In this document: positions 49,211 through 61,689 of the stretch, piece after piece
Numbering within the stretch: the stretch's first letter is position 1
How the letters are laid out: every line of letters starts with the position of its first letter
NCBI GenBank assembly: GCA_052426225.1
Contig: JBNJNM010000008.1
Span: forward strand, 1,178,001-1,242,000
Source: Zancudomyces culisetae HAW-14-8
Lineage: Eukaryota; Fungi; Kickxellomycota
Length of the DNA: 64,000 bases
Direction of reading: 5' to 3'
The notes under the pieces: model-generated
What the model saw: the letters and a program-made list of their open reading frames with translations, nothing else
Database searches by the model: none
What the model was told of the DNA's origin: nothing
Program-made: the position numbers and the translations under genes

Positions 49211-50525
49211 ATGTCAGTAGCCGAGGAACAGGTGATTCAACAGGAGGAAGAAAATAACAACGGGCTGGAAGCCAAATTCTTGTCTGCTTGTTACGATGGA
49301 AATAGCAAGTTAGCACAAGAGTTAGTAGATCAGGGTGTTGAAATCTTTTGTACTGATGAGACAGGAAGATCTGCATTGCATTTTGCAGCAGCAAGTGGCG
49401 ATATTGAAACCATGGATGTTGTTTTGAAAACTGGAATACCTTGGAATTGTTTGGATTATGGTGGCTATTCGGCAGGCGACTATGCATTACAGACAGCGAA
49501 TAGTCAAGAAGCATACGACTTTTTGGTTTCACACGGAATTAGGGTTGAGCTCATTATGGAAACTCTGGATAAACGCTCAATACCCATTTCAACTACTGAA
49601 AAGCAACAAGGGGACTTTGAAAGAGACGCGCGAGATAATACAAGTAGCGATATTCCCAACGAGGACTATCTTAATAAACCAATTGTATATACTGGAGATA
49701 GAATTCTTGATGCGCAAAACAATGGTGTGATGATGGAATGGGAACAACCTCTGATGGCGGAGCATGCGAAAGCTATTTGTCCTACACCCGGCCTGAAGAT
49801 TCTGAATATAGGTAAAACTCAGTTGTGTTATATCATTATTACTATCAGTATTATTATTTGGCTGAACGTATTCTCGTCGATGAGATGAATTTCTTTTTCA
49901 ATTTTATTGTTCTCTTCCTAAAATAACACCAAACTAAACGAACTATAAAGCACCTCTACAATCTTATGAAAATTGGATATTTTTAGGATTTGGCATGGGT
50001 ATCGTTGACAGAGAAATACAGTTACACAATCCTGGACAGCATGTAATCGTTGAAGCTCACCCAGATGTATATAAACACATAATTGAAACAAAATTTCTGG
50101 AGGAGCACCCAACCGCTAAAGTTATTTTTGGTAGGTGGCAAGACAAACTTGAAGAAATAAAATCGTATGGACCGTATGATGGAATCTTTTTTGATACATT
50201 TGGGGAATATTATGCAGACATGCAACAATTCCACGAAGCGATTTTTGCTAGCTCAGAAGACAAAGAGTTGGGACACAATGGATCTTTGTTGAAAAAAGAT
50301 GGCATTTATTCGTTTTTCAACGGCCTAGGTGGACATAGCATTCTGTTTCACGACGTTTATTGTGAGATTGCTAAGGCTCACTTGAAAGCATTAGGACTTT
50401 CCACTCAATACTCTCCTATATTAACTGACGGTATCGATGATAACCCAGAGATCTGGGCAGGCGTCAATCGTCCATATTGGATGCTTAAGAAATACAACAT
50501 GCCTGTTTGTAAATGGGATATATAG
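49211..50525 (+). CDS. RMT2: Protein arginine N-methyltransferase 2 (Rmt2; ankyrin repeat plus GAMT-like domain); 2 exons
   Basis: GRSALHFAA ankyrin, GVMMEWEQPLM, ILNIG|FGMGIVD (intron 49812-49986), VEAHPDV, GRWQD, FFDTF, SFFNGLG. Confidence 0.94.
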
Positions 50526-51242
50526 TTGGCAGATTTTTTTTTGTTTTGGATGCTATTCCAAATTAATAACTTATTTTTTTCATTTTTGTTGCCTTTTGTA
50601 TATGTAGAGATAGGTGATAATAATAAAACACGACAACCTTTATCATTATCTGATTTTCTGTATGGTATATGCGTATGTTTACTGGCCACCATTTGACAGG
50701 CCTTTTTTAAGTGGGTATGGCTATAAGCGCACATAGCCAGTATCCTTGTCATATTAGTTTCAATTCTCAGCCATGCAAGTAAGAAAAAAACTTCAATATG
50801 TACATCCAGAACAATTCTCGCTACATCAGCTACGATAAAAGGCTATCTTTGCCTATACTGTCAATATAAAAATATGTATACAATTCATCTATTTGTATGC
50901 GAGTTGGTCAATGACCCAATTTTATTCCTTTCCACTATCGGATGTAGCTGTGGTCATTATTCAAAAGAACATATTTGAATTTGTACTGGTGTTTATGTAA
51001 ACCAAGCATTTTCCAAACAATCTTTATTTAGCAACCAGCCCTAAATGTGGTTTCTACCGCTTAAGTTCAAATAAAAAAGACAAACTTAAGAGTATCTACT
51101 CAAAACCAAACTTTTAAAAATAGATAGTAGGCCCAACTCAAAGCCGGGCTAGAATAAAGACGTAAATAAAGGTGAGTTCTCAGATGTAAAAGCGGAATTT
51201 GCATTTATCCATGAAAATAAAATTTAAAAAATAAACCAGCTC

Positions 51243-51428
51243 TTATTGCTTTTGTGATTCACTATGTGCCTTGAAGTATGCTTCGGTTTTATTAACACGG
51301 TCACCATAACAAAATTTCCAGAAGAGTGTCATGGCAACAGCACCACCTCCAATACCGATTGAAACGTCGCGAATAATGCGCTTTTTGAACATTCCAGTGA
51401 TTGGCTTTATTGGTACAGCTCTTGGCAT
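51243..51428 (-). CDS. COX9: Cytochrome c oxidase subunit Cox9 (VIIa / COX6C family)
   Basis: 61 aa, IKPITGMFKKRIIRD + TM + FW. Probable 5'UTR intron at 51669-51494 (GTAAGT...ACTAAT...TAG). Confidence 0.88.
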   Translation of the reverse strand: MPRAVPIKPITGMFKKRIIRDVSIGIGGGAVAMTLFWKFCYGDRVNKTEAYFKAHSESQKQ

Positions 51429-52932
51429 CTTGATAGTACTTTTTCGATTATTTTCTTTGCTTTTTTTTAGTTTACTCGTTTAGCAAGTAAATCCTACATT
51501 TAGAAAAGAGTAGATTTAAATTAGTCAGTTAAAGCACATCCCATAGATAAGTACAGAATCCTAAATAACGATTCGCGACAGGTACACCTTGATGAAATCT
51601 GTATAAATAACGCGTGCAAACGCACTGGGTTGAATGAGTATCCTGTACGAATATCTTAAAAGTACTTACTGTTTAACTTGATTCTTAAAGAAAAATTTTT
51701 AAATTCGTTTTCAGATAAAAGAGATAGTATTTTAAAAAATCGAACCATAGCTTAATATTTTTACCTTTTTTTTTTGCTACACTATCAATTTTTTTTTGGC
51801 CGGATTTTTTTCATTTTCAGCCATTTGGAGATAGTCAAATAATTAGCCAAACAATAGTCGCCATTATTAATGCAGTCTAGAGTTATTACTGTGATACCAA
51901 AGTGCAAAAGCAGCAAGATAAGAAAAGACAACTACCAGTCTAAATTGCCTGATATTACTACATTTCCACCTCCTTGCGTAATTATCAATGGCAAATATTT
52001 TGAAAAGCCTGTGGAAATGATATAGCAACAAGTGCTTAGTTCTTGGGCACTAAAAACTTGTTTCTAAAAAAAAAAGAGTCTGGGGTATACTTGTAGTAGG
52101 CGACCTATACTAGCGCTTTTTTGAGCCAGAGCAGGTGTATAGTAGGGTGAGAAATAAATTGATTATCTCAATATTTTTCTCGAACACAATATGATGGTGC
52201 CTACTTCAACTAGATGAAACACGAGTTCAAAACACTATTTCATCAACACAGCGACTCTTAGTACCATCTTACTATATATGTTATAACCGGTGGCTATGCC
52301 GTTGTGTTGCATTGGGACACAGAAAAAAAGGATATATACAATAAAAAGTTTATATGTACGCACCGAAATCTGCTACTCTGATAACCCTGATGCTCCTGCG
52401 TTTGATTAATTTATAATATATTTAAAATGTACTTTTCATGTCTAGTACTATTTGTATTTATTAGCACTATATCTCTGTTTCACACGCTAAATAGGTGACG
52501 TCTTTGGCAAAAAAAGGAAAAAAAAGCCCTGGTGTATTGATGCCTTAACATGTTTAGGCATTTCAACTTAAACAGCTATCATCTTCACACACAATCACAT
52601 ATCAAAAAACTCAAAGACAAGTCCCAGTAGGAAAGTTCAATAAAATCGCCAAAAGAAGCCTGCTTTTTATGTTGTGCAATAGCCACTAGCTGTTACCAGA
52701 ATCTTACAAACTTTCCGCAAGCTGGTTTGGAAGCTGGGGTATAATTTGTACCAATCATAGAGTGTTTAAAAGTTATCATTTGCAAAATGTTAGTTACAAC
52801 TGTCAATTTTTTCTGACGCACTGGCTTTGAAAGTGCATGCTATTGTTTGTTGGAGTTGAACTTAAAAATCGACATAATAAAACAAGAAAACGTTCCCTCG
52901 TTTTTAAAATTTATACTAAAAGACAGAAAAAG

Positions 52933-54416
52933 ATGGACTTGGGGCTGACACAGCAAGAACAAGCAAAATTTATTCAGGTTTTTCAGGAATATGGACCTGT
53001 AGACGGATTCCTATCTGGTAAGAGAGCGATTTTTATTTATTTGTATTTTCCCTTCGTGAGAATATCAAAAATATAATACGAAAATCCCTTTTGGGAATGT
53101 TAGAAAAGTGGAATTTATAACTCTTGTTTATACATAGGCGAATCTTGCTTCAAATTATTTTCATTATCGGGTTTGCAGAGAGAGCAATTAAGAGATATAT
53201 GGCAAGTTTTTCTTGGATACCTATTTTGACTTTTAAATGAACTTGACTATTTTGCGTAAAGTACAAAGCGTTCTATAAATAAAATGCGCTAAATCGAACT
53301 GATTTATACTAGGGAGCTGTCAGATATCGATAAGGATGGCCGATTAGACTTTAGCGAATTCTGTGTTGCGATGAAGCTTATAACAAGCGTGAAGTCGGGT
53401 GAATTGGGGACACTACCCAAAAGTCTTCCGCAAAACTTTATACCAAATACCAAAAAACATTTGCTTTCCACGAATTTTGGCTCAGAGGAGAAAATAGCCG
53501 CTGAGTTGACACCCTCGATGCACAACAAAACAAGGAGTGATGTGTATTTTGATCAATACGCAAATGGTCAGAGTACTGTAAGTCTTACTGCACTCGGTGA
53601 CTTTCTGAAAACGTCTGGAAAGCCGTGGAATGAGATTATGAAACTATGGTAAGTGTATTTTGAGTTTGAGTTTGAGCTTCAGCGCAATATGTATAGGCTA
53701 CTTTTCTAGATGACAACGCATAGTATATATTGTTGAAAAGTCCTAGATGCATCGATTAAAAAGAGTGTGATCATACAAACTGACTATATAGGAATACAGT
53801 TGATGTATATAATGTACAACGATTGACCAAGGATCAGTTTGGAATTTTAATGGATTTGATGGAACAGAATAACTTTAAATTTTTGGATGATTACAAAATT
53901 AAAAGCACACAGGGATTGCTGAATAATGAACAAACAATAACACCTTCAGGATTTAATGATATGTTTGGAATTTCAGAAATGAAATCCTTTGAAACTCAAC
54001 GTACGTCTGATACAATGGGTAAGGGGAAAGCCAGGGAAAGTGCAAGTATTGCGGATAATTATATCACTCGCGTGAAATCAAACTCTTCGGGACTAAGCTC
54101 GCCACTTCACGGTGTGCCAACTTACAAAAGCAATAGTAGAAGCAGGGATGAATTGTATCGCAGTGGAACGGAACTAAATAGGTCCGAAACTGATCCTGCA
54201 TTTAAAAGCTACCTTGAACACAAAACCAAAGTTCGTAAATTTAGCGAACATTTGGTGGGTGTGGTGAAAAAGCGTATGACTGGAATCAACGAGGAATCCA
54301 ACTCTGATGAGCTGAAACGTAGAAATGATTGCTTGGTAACACACATACATGCTCTTGAATACCAGCAATCCGAACTTCGAAACTATCTACAGGAGATTGA
54401 ATCTGAACTACATTGA
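52933..54416 (+). CDS. END3: EH-domain endocytosis protein End3; 4 exons
   Basis: LRDIW|ELSDIDKDGRLDFSEFCVAMKLI, LPKSLPQNFIP and a C-terminal coiled coil. Introns 53018-53137, 53202-53312 (GC donor) and 53649-53791. Confidence 0.85.
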
Positions 54417-54709
54417 GTACTTTAGTGAGTTTGGTTTTACTGAGCTTTGTTGGTGTTTTGGTTCAATTTATGGATATTTCTCACCTTACTTGTTTAACTA
54501 TTATCGGCGTTTATTATTACTATTATTATTATTATTATTAAGATTATCAAGATTATTATAGCCAACTTTAACCATCACTGAAACTTTACAATCTGTGTAA
54601 AGCTAGAATCGAGTGTCCAATAAACATTGTATTCTAATAAAACAGGCACAAAAATCAATAAGCAAAACCACAGGGCTATTATACAGGCCAGCTGGGCATG
54701 CTGGTGTCA

Positions 54710-56325
54710 TCAGCGGTTTGCTTGGGAATCAAACCATAAATCCGCATCAATTGTAAATGCATCTTCATCACCAAATACCTCAAACATTTCGCTGGATACC
54801 TTGTTTTTAAGCTTATGTGGCTGCTGTGTTTCACGGGCATTCACATTTAGGCTCTCAAGATTACCACTCGCTGTAGCCTCAAAGCTATCACAATCCGTGT
54901 CCTCCACAAGTAAATTTGATACATCTCCAGGAACAGCCTCCTGTGTCAAGCTGGTTACAAACATATCTGCCGGCTGCCCCACAAGCCTGTTGTTGCCACA
55001 TCCTGTGTTTATATCATCATCATTATCACCATTACCATCATCGCCTATTTAATATAAATTCCAATTTACAAATTTTGAATCCCAACAAAGGCAGCAGTTC
55101 AAATCACTTCAATTATTACATTAGTTGACAAAAATACTTTATATCAGCACTAACATTATGGGAAAACTTGAAATACCTTTAACCTTGGTTAACATAGCTC
55201 TAATTCGTGGGTCTATTTGCACGACACTATTCTCTGGAAAGTGCTGCTGCTATTTAGCATAAATAATATTTGCAGCAGGATAAAAAAAAACAATTGATCT
55301 TGATACAAGACACATACAGGTTGTTATTTAGGGTACCTTATTTCGTATTATACTTGGCTTCACATTTACAAGCATTTCCAGGAAACTCTATTTGCGCATA
55401 TCATGCTTTTAGCCGAAAAACTTATTTATATACATCTGGTTTTATTGTTAATAACATACATCATTTCCTCTGTTACTAACAGAAGTGCAGTCACCAGAAT
55501 TTCCAAGCAGACCTTCCAAAATACTTTGTTTTGGTGCAGAGGTGTTTGATCCAGCAGTCTGATTAGCCTTTATATCTACTTGTGATATATTTTCGCCTGT
55601 CTTTACCAAAAGTAGCCTTCTCACTATTTATTAAAGTCATAAATTGTACAGTATCTATTTTGATAAAATCCTTTGCTAGCTTAATATACCTGAACATGCT
55701 ACAGAAGGTTTCAACTTTTTTTCAAAAGCGTAACGCTTTTGAGAATAATAACAAGATATAAAGCATAATACCTCTAGAAAAAAACACTTGGAAACAGTCA
55801 TAAAATGCTGTGCACCTGTATCATCTTACCCTTGATTTTCTCTCTTATCACTTCGCTATCGTGTAAATTTATCAGATTTTCGGAATTAAATATACCTGTT
55901 CCTTCCCCACCCACATGGCAGAATCTCGAAATTCTAAGTAAATACTCGCCAGTACTGCAGGAATTCTCTTCAATATTTCTTTTTCTACCTGCTTGTGCGT
56001 GACCATAGTCGTATTTACCGTCTCCGTAATATGGTAAGTAGTCAAAGGTATATGTTTGTATCAAAATATAGAGCCCAACACATTGTGTAATTCTTTTTCT
56101 GTTGACTTTCTCAAATTCCATCACACTTTTTTCACAGATTGTGGCTTTAATCATGGCCTTTCCATCTGAGACGCTTAACTGTACATCACAATACTCTTTT
56201 CCGCTTAGATATGTCGTGAATTTACATATCTGCAAAACCCTCACCTCGTGGTACACTCTTCCTAATTTAAACCCAGTTGTGGCCACAAAATCTTCCAACC
56301 AACCCTGCAGTAAGATTTTCGACAT
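54710..56325 (-). CDS. Telomere OB-fold protein of the TPP1/Tpz1/Est3 family; about 6 exons
   Basis: LQGWL...VLQICKF...LSVSDGKAMIKATI...EFE...GLYILI pattern of the TPP1/Est3 OB fold. Five GT-AG introns link it in frame to the stop at 54710. Confidence 0.68.
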
Positions 56326-57164
56326 TGCTTCTGATACTTGTCTCTTTTTTGTATGTCACCCTTATTATTTCGCCGTTCTTGTTGATTTCATAACGCCATT
56401 TTTCGTTTCGGCTGAGATTTAACTTTTACCAAGATCTAGAGAATTCGTTTTTCTCCTGTCACCTTCAATTATAATTCTGTGTATTTGCGTTTTGTCAAAT
56501 ACGCCTTTTGCAAGAATTTCGTATACTGTTTTTCTACCTGTACCAAAATACCTATGTTCAACAAACAAACCTGTCTTTGCAATTTTTTATTTTTCAGCAA
56601 AACCTTGCTAATAAACTTGGAGTTGAACAAAGCCTACAAATCGATGTTTACAGAGCCTTTTACCCAATAAGGCTTGCGTAATCAACAGATATGGTGGACA
56701 GGGGTAGTTATATATTGCCATTAACCTACTTTTTGACTCACTATAAAACTACAAGTTTAGCAGCTACAGGTGCGTAATGAAGACAGTGTACTAAACTTAT
56801 AGTTATAGTTTTTTTTCCTTGTCGTAGTAATGTGCTACTACATTTCTCTATTAAAAGACAAAACAAATTATTCAAGCAATGTTTAATCTTTAAGATCCAC
56901 CAACTAAGGAAGATGTGGCAATATTGCTTTTTATAGTAATTGAAGGCTTATATCTAAAACTAGCCTTTCCTCTAACTTAAAACAAACTGTATCTCTTTTG
57001 TTTAATTATACAATATATATTTTCAAAACATCCAGAATTACTTCCAATAAATTGTACCAATAATAAAAGCGTAAAATGATTATTGAGCTAATATTTGTAA
57101 AATAAAAGACCTAGTACGATCGAATAAGGCAAAAACAAAAAGTATATCCATGGAATAAGCGTAA

Positions 57165-57635
57165 TTAATTTATTTTTCTCTTCTTTGATGGGTTTTCATC
57201 GGCCTCTTCTTCCTCTTCTTCGTCATCCTCCTCTCCCTCCTCTTCGCCATCCTCCTCTTCTTCAAATTCTCCCTCCTCTTCGTCACCTTCGCTTCCGAAT
57301 TGCGATCCCTCTTCATCGTCCTCATCATCCTCATATACTTCCTCCTCTTCATCTCCCTCTTCACCTTCCTCGCCCTCATCTCCCTCTTCTTCTCCCTCCT
57401 CACCCTCACCTTCTTCAAATTCCTCCTCTTCCTCCTCCTCACCCTCCTCCTCGCCACCCTCTTCCTCTTCCTCTTCCTCCTCACCTTCTATTTCCTCGTG
57501 GCTTCTCTTTGTGCCTTTGGAGGCTTCTGCAGCCTGTTCTTTGGCATTTCCTGCAGCGCTGGCATTCTTAAAGTCAGCTACTTCTCCCTGTACTCCCAAT
57601 GTTTCTCCTTGCGCCTTGGCTGTGACTTCGCTCAT
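57165..57635 (-). CDS. Small hyper-acidic nuclear disordered protein (prothymosin-like architecture)
   Basis: 156 aa with a long E/D/G tract, GTKRSHEE and a terminal NLS-like PSKKRKIN. ATG in A-rich context with an A-tract/T-tract element upstream. Confidence 0.8.
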   Translation of the reverse strand: MSEVTAKAQGETLGVQGEVADFKNASAAGNAKEQAAEASKGTKRSHEEIEGEEEEEEEEGGEEEGEEEEEEEFEEGEGEEGEEEGDEGEEGEEGDEEEEVYEDDEDDEEGSQFGSEGDEEEGEFEEEEDGEEEGEEDDEEEEEEADENPSKKRKIN

Positions 57636-60067
57636 TTTAGCTGCTCTCTTTCCGGTACTGTTTTTTGAAAGTAATAAATAATATTTTCTATAGAAATATT
57701 ACAATTTAAAATTTGCAATTGTTTTATGGACTTTTTTAGTTTAACCGCTAGTAACTTGAGCGTCAATTACAAATTGTATTTATTTAATGAAACAGTGCGC
57801 TAAAAAAAAATTTTTTTTTTGCTGCACTTGTCACGAAATTTTTTGTTCCTTGCTTATTTTACTTTGTTTTGTTTTGTTTTGGCTATCCTATTTTTTTTAG
57901 TGCCTAGTATCTCCTCAAAATCATATTGCGCTGCTCCTCCCCCATATTTTTAAAATAATTCGAGATCATGTATTAATCGAAATTGAATGCCATTGTACCT
58001 CAATTCTTTTATTGTGTTCCCATTTAGCTGAGAAAATATCGGCAGAAAAATAATAAGTTTTTGCTATTTTTGCTTTTGCCGGAATGTAGTTTTTTGATTT
58101 CAATACCATTTTTGTAACATACAAACTAACGTAATTAGATGACACGAAAATGTAAACAAAACCGTTCTTTTTGAATCATTTTGGCATTTTGTAAATGGTT
58201 TGCCTTTTTGGATATAACTTCGAATACTCTTTCATTAAAAAGCTGCATTGGTTTTCTGAATAGAAAAAGTATGACTAAATGGTACTAGTTACCTATTATT
58301 ACAATCTCAGAAAACTATATTTTATTTCGATTAACACCAACCAAATTAATTCATTTATTTTGCTGTAATTGGCAGCGCAATCCTGCCCAAAAAAAAACCT
58401 ATGCTTTTGCTCACACAAGTTAAAATTAAGGGGGGGGCTGTTGCAAGAAAACGTTTTTCCTTTTGATCTTATCCACCCTTTCTCAATTTATCTTTTTGTT
58501 ATTTCTTTTTTTGGACTTTTCCACTAGATAACAATTCTAGAAACACATGGAAATCACTCATTAACCAACTAGATAAGACTTTGCTGACTTGAAACATTAG
58601 CCATATAAATGCTAGTATTTTTATGAGCACCGCTAGTATATTCGGTACAAGCTGTTGCAATCGTGAGTACAGCCATTTAATGCAACTAGTATTCCAGATT
58701 GGCCTGAATTCCTATAAAAGCGAGCTTTTTATACCATTAAAACTCATTTTTGTGGGAAACGGTCGAACCTTTATACCAAATCTCCAAAACATACATAAAG
58801 AACTCATATATCTTGATTGATACGATTAATGAATATAAAATGATATTGATAGAGATACAAATCTTATATATACTATTATATTTTATTCCCAAGAAAACCA
58901 TTTAAGCTCATGTTTATATTTTTCTTTACATGTCCTACACCATATTATTCAAAATATTCCAGAATAAGAACGCTAAAACTCTAGTAGGAGGTGATAGTGT
59001 TTAAATTTAACTATGATACAAGTTTTATAGAGCTATTAATATGTGATAAATATAAATGCTACTACGATTCTAAACTCAGCTCTGTTCGTAATGATATACT
59101 TATATAGAAGCTTATGTCACTAACATTTCATCATAAAGAGTATAATAGCTTGGGAAGGAGCTGCTAGTATACCCGAACACTTATACACTTTGGTTAATAA
59201 TACTTATAAAGTTACTCCAAAAACTAGAAAGAACTCGGATACTTTTAATCCCATAACTTTTATTTTCAAGTATCCATTTCTTATCAAGGAAAAGTTTATT
59301 TCCCCATATTCCTAATAGAATTACAATGATCCCAAAAAAAAATACTAAAAGTATATAGCGTTTGTATTTCTTTTTCTCTAACTCTGTAAGAATGTTGGTG
59401 GGCTTTTAATGTGTATGTAAAAGTTTAAGGCCACCTAGTCAAATGGCGAAGTATGAATCCCATTTGTTGTGTTTTGAAACATGCTGATATCCGTTTGATG
59501 TCTTTTAGAAACAATTCAATGCATTTAATAAATGTACCAGCTATTTTATATTTTGCCTCTATCCACTAAACACGGCGGATTTGATGCCCAAAGCAAAGTA
59601 TATATACCAAGACCATAGACCAAGACTTGAATCCAACAACAACTAAAATATGTCCAACCAAAGCTGTTGGCTGTATCTATTCCATACTTTTGCAAAATAC
59701 CATTTGATGGGTTGGGAAAGAAAAATAGATAGATGTAGTAGCTTTTTTACAAATTGCGGTAATAAACATGAGAGATTGACAGTATAACTTGGTAAATTGA
59801 ATAAATAAGGAAATATGCCCATTGGTCAGCTCTTGGCATCTTCAAGAGGTAAATGCGATTGATTTTTAGATTTGCGAGATTATTTAGAAGTTAAATCCAG
59901 AATAATAATTGTCTTGTTAGTGCAATATAAAGGATGGTTTGAGGTATTTAAACAAATAATAAATCTGTTCAATGATAAAGTATACATTATAGCGAATTCT
60001 CAAAGAAAAAACACAATTGACAAGTCTGAAGAAACTAAGGTTATAATTGAAAAGAAATGGTGAAAAA

Positions 60068-60358
60068 ATGGAGAATGGCATATTAGACACAGCAAAGGTT
60101 AATACCAAAAGAAGGATGTTTGTGGTGGCATTATATATAACCTATTTTTTGGGAACGCTTGAGTTTGCCTTGGAGTTTGTAAAGCTAACATCAACCATTA
60201 TAGCAGGAATGGTGTTGGGAATAATAAGCCTTGTATCCATACTGATACTGTTGCTTTTAAATAGATGGGTTAAGTACGAGTTTTTTATAGTATTTTTTGT
60301 ACTAACTATTATAGACATCATAGGAATAGTATTCCTTATCATATTTTACAAAAGGTAG
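60068..60358 (+). CDS. Possible small orphan membrane protein (~96 aa, about 3 TM helices)
   Basis: ATG at 60068 opens an ORF with three hydrophobic stretches and a basic C-terminus. No homolog recognised; T-rich DNA can mimic this. Confidence 0.4.
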   Translation: MENGILDTAKVNTKRRMFVVALYITYFLGTLEFALEFVKLTSTIIAGMVLGIISLVSILILLLLNRWVKYEFFIVFFVLTIIDIIGIVFLIIFYKR

Positions 60359-61105
60359 TAGTTAAAGTAGTTTTTAAATTATTAAAATTGTTTAATGCTT
60401 ATAAAACCAGGTATTAGAAATATTTAGAGTAAGCCATGTTAAATAGTTAATTAAACACATAATTTCATTAAAATTGTAACACAGTCTGGTATGTACTGGG
60501 TATGAGAGTTGTATTCGAGCCACTGTAAATTGACCAATTCTGTAGCAATTTATTAATGCTGTAATATTAATATATACCAAGTAAATATAATAGTTATTAA
60601 TTACTATATAGTCACTATGTATTTAAAAAACGAATGAGAAGTATATTATGTTTAGAAATACTATTGATTCTCATTTCGCTGTCAGATCCAAATCATATGC
60701 ACTGACCTTTCAGCAATTCTCCTAATATCAATAAAGATGTTCTTCATTCCTCCCTAAGACCATGATCTCATTGATAGTGTGGTAAATGGACTGTTGTTGA
60801 GTTTGAGTTAAAATTATTTTTTGGTAACATTAAAAGGACTAACTAACTAGAACTTGTCTCTCTTTATTTCTAGGCCATACGCCATCCATTTATTCCAATT
60901 TTTATTGTCTAGATTATTTAATTCTATGGATTATACATAAAACTAAAACACTTAAGTTAACATTGTTAATTGTTGTTGATATTACAAGGATATCATGCTC
61001 TGCATTCAATAGAAATTGATACACAGGCAAAAATAAGTAGATTATACTATAATACATATATTATGGTAGTTATGCAACAAAAAATTGTACATATGATTAA
61101 AAAAG

Positions 61106-61178
61106 TGGGGACTCCGAGGATTGAACTCGGGACCGTACGATCTTCAGTCGCACGCTCTCCCAGCTGAGCTAAGTCCCC
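61106..61178 (-). tRNA. tRNA-Phe (GAA), intronless
   Basis: GGGGACTTAGCTCAGCTGGGAGAGCGTGCGACTGAAGATCGTACGGTCCCGAGTTCAATCCTCGGAGTCCCCA: 73-nt cloverleaf with A and B boxes, followed by a T6 Pol III terminator. Confidence 0.97.
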
Positions 61179-61229
61179 ATTTTTTTGTCGTGTAAGTTTA
61201 TAATACTTACACACACGCTAAGAAAGGAC

Positions 61230-61302
61230 CAACGTTGAACCATTGTCCTAAAGTGGCCTTTTCACCATTGTGGTTTTTGCTACAATTAATGGTTCAACGT
61301 TG
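61230..61302. repeat. Perfect 15-bp inverted repeat
   Basis: CAACGTTGAACCATT (61230-61244) / AATGGTTCAACGTTG (61288-61302). Confidence 0.92.
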
Positions 61303-61689
61303 TCTATATTTTATATTTTATTACTATGTTTATATATTAATACTTTCATAATAGTATAAACTATTTTAGGAAAAAACCTTTAAATACGACGAAACAAGAT
61401 TCTAAGGAATCTTGTTCGAAATTCACTCAAAATCATAGCGTTTATATATTATTAAATAAAACAATTTATACTAAAAGACTATAAAAGAGTACCGAGCCAA
61501 AATTAATATATACTCAGTCTCGTCGTACTGTAGTATATAAATTATAATAAAAGTTTTAAAAACATACGACATTTTGATGTAGAACTTACTAGTTCTAATA
61601 TTATTTCTTAATATATTTCTCTATTCGTGTAGTATAATATTATGTATTATTTTTTATATGTTTATACTATATTTAACTAATTTTAAATG

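Noticed and set aside
57170-57668. Arg-rich, His/Pro-rich and Leu/Phe-rich ORFs overlapping the acidic gene
   Set aside because: Frame and antisense shadows of the GAG/GAA repeats.
60970-61167. 65-aa plus ORF ending GTPRIELGTVRSSV
   Set aside because: Antisense reading of the tRNA-Phe gene.
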